Shown here: positions 55,401 through 64,000 of the stretch, piece after piece | Position numbering within the stretch: the stretch's first letter is position 1 | Layout of the letters: each line of letters starts with the position of its first letter | Translations under genes and position numbers: made by a program | The notes under the pieces: generated by a model | The model's input: the letters and a program-made list of their open reading frames with translations, nothing else | Databases searched by the model: none | What the model was told of the DNA's origin: nothing | Assembly: GCA_002269645.1 (NCBI GenBank) | Contig: NIVC01003946.1 | Span: 4,301 to 68,300 of the forward strand | DNA from: Macrostomum lignano | Lineage: Eukaryota | Length of the DNA stretch: 64,000 nt | Direction: 5' to 3'

Positions 55401-57385
55401 ACAAACACAATATTTACACGTATGATAAAAAGTATACACAATATGTAGTGAAAAAGGTTAGTAAAATTAAAGATTTTTGTTTAATTGAAGTTGTTTTCAT
55501 GCCGCAGAGAGTAATGATTTGCTAAAAAACAGTAATAAACTCACGTGATTGAGACATCCGTGGCGCTGGAATATTATTGAATTGTAAAAAATTGTTTCTC
55601 TGATAGCAATAAGGGTACCATAGTAAAATTATAATAATCAATATTTACAGGCAACAGCCACTGACTAAAAAGCTAAAATATAAGAAGACAGTTCAAGCAC
55701 TACATCAATGACATGCAACGGGGGTCGAAATTGCCAGGCGAAAGCAAAAAGAAAGTAGCGTTGGATGAGAAGCTAAGGTGCCATTTTAAGGCTGTTTAAG
55801 GGCGATTCTTCAGGCTGTTTAAGGGCGATTCTTCAGGCTGTTTAAGGGCAATTCTTCAGGCTGTTTAAGGGCGATTCTTATGGCTGTTTAAGGGCGATTC
55901 TTTGGCTGTTTAAGGGCGATTCATCAGGCTGTTTAAGGGCGATTCTTCAGGCTGTTTAAGGGCGATTCATCAGGCTGTTTAAGGGCGATTCTTCAGGCTG
56001 TTTAAGGGCGATTCTTATGGCTGTTTAAGGGCAATTCTTCGGCTGTTTAAGGGCGATTCTTATGGCTGTTTAAGGGCGATTCTTTGGGATGTTTAAGGGC
56101 GATTCTTATGGCTGTTTAAGGGCGATTCTTTGGGATGTTTAAGGGCGATTCTTATGGCTGTTTAAGGGCGATTCTTTGGGATGTTTAAGGGCGATTCTTA
56201 TGGCTGTTTAAGGGCGATTCTTTGGATGTTTAAGGGCGATTCTTATGGCTGTTTAAGGGCGATTCTTTGGGATGTTTAAGGGCGATTCTTATGGCTGTTT
56301 AAGGGCGATTCTTATGGCTGTTTAAGGGCGATTCTTATGGCTGCTTAAGGACGATTCTTCAGGCTGTTTAAGGGCGATTCTTATGGCTGCTTAAGGACGA
56401 TTCTTCAGGCTGTTTAAGGGCGATTCTTATGGCTGCTTAAGGACGATTCTTCAGGCTGTTTAAGGGCGATTCTTATGGCTGCTTAAGGACGATTCTTCAG
56501 GCTGTTTAAGGGCGATTCTTATGGCTGCTTAAGGACGATTCTTCAGGCTGTTTAAGGACGATTCTTCAGGCTGTTTAAGGGCGATTCTTTGGGCTGTTTA
56601 AGGTGGACATCATTATTGAGACAAAGAAATGACGCTGAAGCATACTGGGAGGCAAGCCTGGCCGGGGCGTCTGACTGTAAATGAAAAACAGTAGACGGCA
56701 CCAACCTTTTCTTCAGTCTGGGAGTCGAACCAGGGCCCGAACCTGCTCCGCCGGGCCCGCCGCCGCTGGCATTAACAACCGGGCCCAGATTTTTAATCTT
56801 CTTTTTCAGCAGCTTCTCCAAATAGATGGCGTCCTGATGCACCTGGGACTTCTCCTCGTTGAAGTGCTTGGCATTTGCAAACATCAGCTTCAGATCGCTG
56901 ACCAGCTGATGGTGTGTCTCATATTTTCTAGCATCAATTTTAGCTCGAATAATGGTCAGATCGATCGGTTCGGGAATCACTTCGTAGTACATTGGGTACT
57001 CATTTTTTGGCGGCAGTTTAACAAAGATTTCCCGCAACAGCCTGCCAGTGCCCTCTTCTGTTGCATTGTAGACGTGGCCATAGAGGTTGTTCAGCCGGCG
57101 CTGGAGCACCTCCTGAGGGTCCGGGGCCGCCCGTTTGCGCTTCTCACCAGTTGATGGCGGCTGCTGCTGCTGAGTTGGCGTGTGAGTCATTGAGAACTGC
57201 GGATGCTGAGGCTGCTGCTGATGGTGCAGCATCATGGAGGCCGATGCTGAGGATGAGCCCATGCTGTCTTCGTTCTGTTGAAGAAGGATTTGGTAATGAG
57301 ACACTGAGTGGGGGCATTGTAGAGAGTGCATTGCGCACAGTAGCTTCGCTTGTGGGGCCTTACTGGGCGATATGGACAGGCTGGA

Positions 57386-57468
<83 letters not shown>

Positions 57469-57494
57469 CAGACAGACAGACACAGATAAACAGA

Positions 57495-57554
<60 letters not shown>

Positions 57555-60119
57555 CAGACAGACCAGACAGACACAGATAAACAGACACAGACGGACAGAC
57601 AGACAGACAGGCAGGTATAAACAGACAGACAGACAGACACACAGACACACAGACAGACACACAGACAGACAGGTACAGAAAAATTGCAACCAAAAAGAGG
57701 ATGCCAGTGCTAAAATGCCACCCACAGTGACGTCATCATGCCATTATTAGTATTAAACAAAAACACAGACAAAAGCTCTACAAGGCATATGCAGCTGGTA
57801 CTGAGCCAAACAGAGTCCCAGGGACGCTTCTGGCAAACCGGAACACGTGCTTCAGTTAATGGATAGATAAAAAACTTATATCGACCTGTCAAGCCCCACC
57901 GCATTGCAAGACATGAATAGTTAAGCAAGAGTCTGACTCACAGCATAGCCACCAGATAGTTCACACCAATAATACACACAATAGCATGCATTGTGTAACT
58001 AATTGAAAATAATGGCGGCATTCTATATATTCAACAAGTACTTTTAACTTTAACGGCGAATCGCTATTCGACGACAAGATGGAATTTGGACAGGCAGAAA
58101 GGCCTCGAGGGCTCAAAGCCATCATGAGAAGGCTGGGTTGCTGCTGTTCCTGCTTTTGCAAAGAAGCAACGGCAACAGAGCAGGACAAAGGAGAAGTTTC
58201 TGAGTTGGTGTTGGCCTGACATTTCAAGAAAAAATGCGTAAATATAAATTATAATTAATAATGTTATAAAAGTATGCGGATCCAAAATATAGTTGACATC
58301 TGATATTACTTACAGTAAACACTAATTTTTGCGTCAAGTCATAGCGATTCTCAGGGACAGTTCAGGGTGATTCTCAGGAACAGTTCAGGGCGATTCTCAG
58401 GAACAGTTCAGGGCGATTCTCAGGAACAGTTCAGGGTGATTCTCAGGAACAGTCCAGGGCGATTCCTAGGGACAGTTCATGGTGATTCTCAGGGATAGTT
58501 CAGGGCGATTCTCAGGAACAGTTCAGGGTGATTCTCAGGGACAGTTCAGGGCGATTCCTAGGGACAGTTCATGGTGATTCTCAGGGATAGTTCAGGGCGA
58601 TTCTCAGGAACAGTTCAGGGCGATTCTCAGGGACAGTTCATGGTGATTCTCAGGGAAGGTTCAGGGTGATTCTCAGGGACAGTTCATGGTGATTTTCAGG
58701 GACAGTTCAGGGCGATTCTCAGGAACAGTTCCGGGTGATTCTCAGGGACAGTTCAGGGCGATTCCCAGGAACAGTTCATGGTGATTCTCAGGGATAGTTC
58801 AGGGCGATTCTCAGGGATAGTTCAGGGCGATTCTCAGGAACAGTTCAGGGCGATTCTCAGGATCAGTTCAGGGCAATTCTCAGAGACAGTTCAGGGTGAT
58901 TTTCAGGAATAGTTCAGGGCAATTCTCAGGGATAGTTCAGGGCGATTCTCAGGGATAGTTCAGGGCGATTCTCAGGGTTACTACAGGGCGATTCTCAGGG
59001 ACAGTTCAGGGCGATTATTTACGGCGAATTTTAGTTATTTAAAGGACAAAGACTGAACCCACCAACAACAGGTCAAGAAGCTCACATTAAACAGGCTCTG
59101 CTGCGGAAAAAGCGAATTAACCAGTTTCTGCGGCAGCAGCGGTTTCAAATCGTCGCTACCCGAACCACCCCAGCGGCGGCCTCCGCACCCGAGGAGCTGC
59201 TGGCCAATCCGCACAGCTCGTCCCGTTTGGCTCTCGCTAATTTTTGCAGCCTAGCGGCATCCTTGTGTATCTTGCTCTCCTCAATGTTGTACTGCCTGGC
59301 ATTGTTGAATACCAAGTTGAGAGCCTCAAACATGGCGTCCAAGTTCGGATAGAAGCGACGGCGAATTCGGGAGCGAACTTGCAGCAGCGACAGCGGGTTC
59401 TTGATGTCTTCGTAGTAGTCCGGGTAGAGGCTAAAGCAGGTTTAGGTGTTACTCTATAATTCTTTCTAAATATATACTCGTAGTTTAAGACTTCAAACTT
59501 TGCAGTGTTCACTAATGTACTAGACCATTGTAATGCCTATTGAGATTATACAAAAACCTAATTACATTAGACATACGCCTAATTACATTAAACATACGCC
59601 TAATTACATTAAAGATACGCCTAATTACATTAGATCTACGCCTGATTACATTAGACACACGCCTGATTACATTAGACACACGCCTGATTACATTAGACAC
59701 ACGCCTAATTACATTAGATATACGCCTATACGTCTAATATATACGTCTAATTACATTAGACATACGCCTAATTACATTAGATATACGACTAATTACATTA
59801 AAGATACGCCTAATTACATTAGACACACGCCTAAGCACATTAGACATACGGCTAATTACATTAAACATACACCTAATTACATTAGACATACACCTAATCA
59901 CACTAGAGATACGCCTGATTACATTAAAGAAACCACCAAACTCACCGCTTCTGCGGCAGTCTAAGAAAGGGTTCGGCCAAATTCTGGCCCTGACTATTGC
60001 GGTAGCTGACAACAAAGGTGAACAGACGAATCTGAGTCGACCTGGGATCGTCTGGCGAGTAGGTCTCGTCCTCTTCTGTGCGGTGCGGAGTTCGATTCCA
60101 ATTTAGATAAAAACGAAGG
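46451..60119 (-). CDS. PBRM1: Polybromo-1 (PBAF subunit): bromodomains, two BAH domains and an HMG box; 5' exons lie beyond this span
   Basis: Exons 60119-59946, 59430-59122 ([12 protein letters not shown]…FNNARQYN), 57274-56706 ([11 protein letters not shown]…NAKHFNE), 54825-54357 ([11 protein letters not shown]…NACLFNE), 53537-53010, BAH 52653-52450 and 52261-52082, 51517-51221, BAH 50013-49396, HMG 48642-48526 and 47767-47229, and 46711-46451 ([11 protein letters not shown]…[15 protein letters not shown]). Junctions are GT-AG with consistent phases. Two homopolymer frameshifts must be corrected (~59170, ~46580). Confidence 0.93.
46745..48400. repeat. PBRM1 3' intron minisatellites: 22-bp (46745-47110) and ~20-bp aacagatcccaaaatacccc (47840-48400)
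   Basis: Direct reading. Confidence 0.9.
48680..49370 (-). repeat. Minisatellite in a PBRM1 intron, inverted copy of the 38015-38740 family, grading into a 30-bp variant
   Basis: cccagcaactgaggatctgggaggctgg is the reverse complement of the spalt-intron unit. Later units read cagagaatcagaggatctgggaggctggca. Confidence 0.93.
50100..52992. repeat. PBRM1 intron repeats: purine-rich ~34-bp (50100-51190), G-tract ~21-bp (51595-52065), (GACA)n (52325-52442), 20-bp (52705-52992)
   Basis: Each array fills one intron between BAH-region exons. Confidence 0.92.
53540..54320. repeat. ~43-bp minisatellite containing a palindrome (TATCCCAT-A-ATGGGATA) and CAGGTGAGT
   Basis: Unit ~ccaggtgagtcataacaatatcccataatgggataactaatc. 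Confidence 0.93.
54860..59930. repeat. PBRM1 intron repeats: 54860-55215, 55790-56600 (~23-bp), (GACA)n 57385-57675, 58340-59015 (~22-bp), 59560-59930 (21-bp)
   Basis: Direct reading; each lies between bromodomain exons. Confidence 0.92.
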
Positions 60120-60719
60120 CTGCATTGAAATGATAAAAAACTGAACAGATTTAATTCTTTAGAATTGTAAACATTTTTTGATTTTGCACTTACATTTTTA
60201 GAAAATTAAATGTTTTACTGACTTACTCATAGTAGCTTAATCAGCATGTTTTTGCATTAAACAATAAAAATAAACTTCATGAGAGTAAACTAAAAACTAC
60301 AATTTACGAGTACGAACCCCAACCCAAAAGCGCGTTGAATTACAGTAAAACAAAAAATACTTAATACTTTAAACGTTTTTAACTCAAACAAAAATTTGAA
60401 GCAAAGTACAAAAAAGAGCAGTGCCTTGATTGGGGCTCAATAGCCTAATAAAGATGCTATTCTTGCACACTGTAGCGGATTGCCTCTCCGGCGGTCGTCG
60501 TTGAATGATAGCTAAAAGTAGTATGAAATGCGCGCGAATGGAATAAAATAAAGTACAACAAGTAATTACTTTTCCCGATATGCATAGAAAACTGTTTATG
60601 TAAGAAGGCAATTTTTTAATAAAGTTGATAGTGGCTGATGAACAGAGTTGACTGCTAAATTTAAACTGAATTCGGAAATAATAAAGATGAGATAACTGAT
60701 GAAAATGAGGGAATAGGGG

Positions 60720-63700
60720 ATACATGATGAGAATGGGTACAAATTATGAAAATAGAGATAAATGATGAGATGGGGATAAATGATGAAAATGGGGATAAAT
60801 GATGAAAATGGATAAATGATGAAGATGGGGATAAATGATGAAATAGGGATAAATGATGAGAATGGGATAAATGATGAAATGGGATAAATGATGAAATGGG
60901 ATAAATGGTGAAGATGGGGATAAATGATGAAAATAGGGATAAATGATGAGAATGGGATAAATGATGAGAATGGGATAAATGATGAAAATGGGATAAATGG
61001 TGAAGATGGGGATAAATGATGAAAATGGGATAAATGATGAGAATGGGATAAATGATGAAAATAGGGATAAATGATGAAAATGGGATAAATGATGAAAATA
61101 GGGATAAATGATGAAAGCAGGGATAAATGATGAGAATGGGGATAAATGATGAAAATAGGGATAAATGATGAGAATGGGATAAATGATGAAAATGGGATAA
61201 ATGGTGAAGATGGGATAAATGATGAAAATAGGGATAAATGATGAAAATAGGGATAAATGATGAGAATGGGATAAATGATGAAAATGGGATAAATGGTGAA
61301 GATGGGGATAAATGATGAAAATAGGGATAAATGATGAAAATAGGGATAAATGATGAAAATAGGGATAAATGATGAAAATAGGGATAAATGATGAGAATGG
61401 GATAAATGGTGAAGATGGGGATAAATGATGAAAATAGGGATAAATGATGAAAATGGGATAAATGATGAAAATAGGGATAAATGATGAAATAGGGATAAAT
61501 GATGAAAATGGGATAAATGGTGAAGATGGGGATAAATGATGAAAATAGGGATAAATGATGAAAATAGGGATAAATGATGAAAATAGGGATAAATGATGAG
61601 AATGGGATAAATGATGAAAATGGGATAAATGGTGAAGATGGGGATAAATGATGAAAATAGGGATAAATGATGAAAATGGGATAAATGATGAAAATAGGGA
61701 TAAATGATGAAAATAGGGATAAATGATGAGAATGGGATAAATGATGAAAATGGGATAAATGGTGAAGATGGGGATAAATGATGAAAATAGGGATAAATGA
61801 TGAAAATGGGATAAATGATGAAAATATGGATAAATGATGAAAATAGGGATAAATGATGAGAATGGGATAAATGATGAAAATGGGATAAATGGTGAAGATG
61901 GGGATAAATGATGAAAATAGGGATAAATGATGAGAATAGGGATAAATGATGAAAATAGGGATAAATGATGAAAATAGGGATAAATGATGAAAATAGGGAT
62001 AAATGATGAGAATGGGATAAATGATGAAAATGGGATAAATGGTGAAGATGGGGATAAATGATGAAAATAGGGATAAATGATGAAAATAGGGATAAATGGT
62101 GAAGATGGGGATAAATGATGAAAATAGGGATAAATGATGAAAATAGGGATAAATGATGAAAATAGGGATAAATGATGAGAATGGGATAAATGATGATAAT
62201 GGGATAAATGGTGAAGATGGGGATAAATGATGAAAATAGGGATAAATGATGAAAATAGGGATAAATGATGAAAATAGGGATAAATGATGAGAATGGGATA
62301 AATGATGAAAATGGGATAAATGGTGAAGATGGGGATAAATGATGAAAATAGGGATAAATGATGAGAATGGGATAAATGGTGAAGATGGGGATAAATGATG
62401 AAAATAGGGATAAATGATGAAAATGGGATAAATGATGAAAATAGGGATAAATGATGAAAATAGGGATAAATGATGAGAATGGGATAAATGATGAAAATGG
62501 GATAAATGGTGAAGATGGGGATAAATGATGAAAATAGGGATAAATGATGAAAATAGGGATAAATGATGAAAATAGGGATAAATGATGAGAATGGGATAAA
62601 TGATGAAAATGGGATAAATGGTGAAGATGGGATAAATGATGAAAATAGGGATAAATGATGAAAATGGGATAAATGATGAAAATAGGGATAAATGATGAAA
62701 ATAGGGATAAATGATGAGAATGGGATAAATGATGAAAATGGGATAAATGGTGAAGATGGGGATAAATGATGAAAATAGGGATAAATGATGAAAATAGGGA
62801 TAAATGATGAAAATAGGGATAAATGATGAGAATGGGATAAATGATGAAAATGGGATAAATGGTGAAGATGGGGATAAATGATGAAAATAGGGATAAATGA
62901 TGAAAATAGGGATAAATGATGAAAATAGGGATAAATGATGAGAATGGGATAAATGATGAAAATGGGATAAATGGTGAAGATGGGGATAAATGATGAAAAT
63001 AGGGATAAATGATGAAAATAGGGATAAATGATGAAAATAGGGATAAATGATGAGAATGGGATAAATGATGAAAATAGGGATAAATGGTGAAGATGGGGAT
63101 AAATGATGAAAATAGGGATAAATGATGAGAATGGGATAAATGATGAAAATGGGATAAATGGTGAAGATGGGGATAAATGATGAAAATAGGGATAAATGAT
63201 GAAAATAGGGATAAATGATGAAAATAGGGATAAATGATGAAAATAGGGATAAATGATGAAAATAGGGATAAATGATGAAAATAGGGATAAATGATGAAAA
63301 TAGGGATAAATGATGAGAATGGGATAAATGATGAAAATGGGATAAATGGTGAAGATGGGGATAAATGATGAAAATAGGGATAAATGATGAAAATAGGGAT
63401 AAATGATGAAAATAGGGATAAATGATGAGAATGGGATAAATGATGAAAATGGGATAAATGGTGAAGATGGGGATAAATGATGAAAATAGGGATAAATGAT
63501 GAAAATAGGGATAAATGATGAGAATGGGATAAATGATGAAAATGGGATAAATGGTGAAGATGGGGATAAATGATGAAAATAGGGATAAATGATGAAAATA
63601 GGGATAAATGATGAAAATAGGGATAAATGATGAGAATGGGATAAATGATGAAAATGGGATAAATGGTGAAGATGGGGATAAATGATGAAAATAGGGATAA

Positions 63701-64000
63701 ATGATGAAAATAGGGATAAATGATGAAAATAGGGATAAATGATGAGAATGGGATAAATGATGAAAATGGATAAATGGTGAAGATGGGGATAAATGATGAA
63801 AATAGGGATAAATGATGAAAATAGGATAAATGATGAAAATAGGGATAAATGATGAGAATGGGATAAATGATGAAAATGGGATAAATGGTTGAGAAGATGG
63901 GGATAAATGATGAAAATAGGATAAATGATGAAAATAGGGATAAATGATAAAATAGGGATAAATGATAAAATGGGATAAATGATGAAAATGGATAAATGGA
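60720..64000. repeat. >3.2-kb ~18-20-bp satellite (gggataaatgatgaaaat[a]) with recurring variant order
   Basis: Variants aaaataggg, gagaatggg and ggtgaagatgggg recur in a repeated order. The array runs off the window end. Confidence 0.97.

Noticed and set aside
33720-60720. Consistent strand bias of intronic repeats relative to transcription
   Set aside because: Several PBRM1 arrays are C-rich on the sense strand but others (47840-48400, kinase intron 5) are not; it cannot be supported by eye.

Overview
Eukaryotic (metazoan) genomic DNA. GC-rich exons and minisatellite-filled introns resemble a free-living flatworm such as Macrostomum; this is an inference. Four protein-coding genes could be spliced by hand: (1) a secreted lectin with signal peptide, AbfB-like module and F-type lectin domains (minus, 3'-partial); (2) a HUNK-like CAMK-group Ser/Thr kinase; (3) a spalt/SALL zinc-finger gene (plus); (4) polybromo-1/PBRM1 (minus, 5'-partial), convergent with spalt. 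The standout observation is the kinase. Exon 1 and exons 6-9 are on the plus strand, but exons 2-5 (subdomains II-X) are on the minus strand, inside a ~2.5-kb segment bounded by two oppositely oriented arrays of one 14-bp satellite. Flipping that segment restores a complete kinase with every splice phase matching. This is either a real satellite-mediated inversion allele or switch, or an assembly mis-orientation. Mobile DNA includes a tRNA-headed SINE with poly(A) and TSD, a diverged relative, a tandemly duplicated Gypsy integrase-PPT-LTR fragment inside a 24-bp satellite, and an internally deleted mariner with perfect 29-bp TIRs. Single-base frameshifts in conserved spalt and PBRM1 exons suggest consensus errors in this assembly, which tempers the structural claims. 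All coordinates and translations were read by hand.
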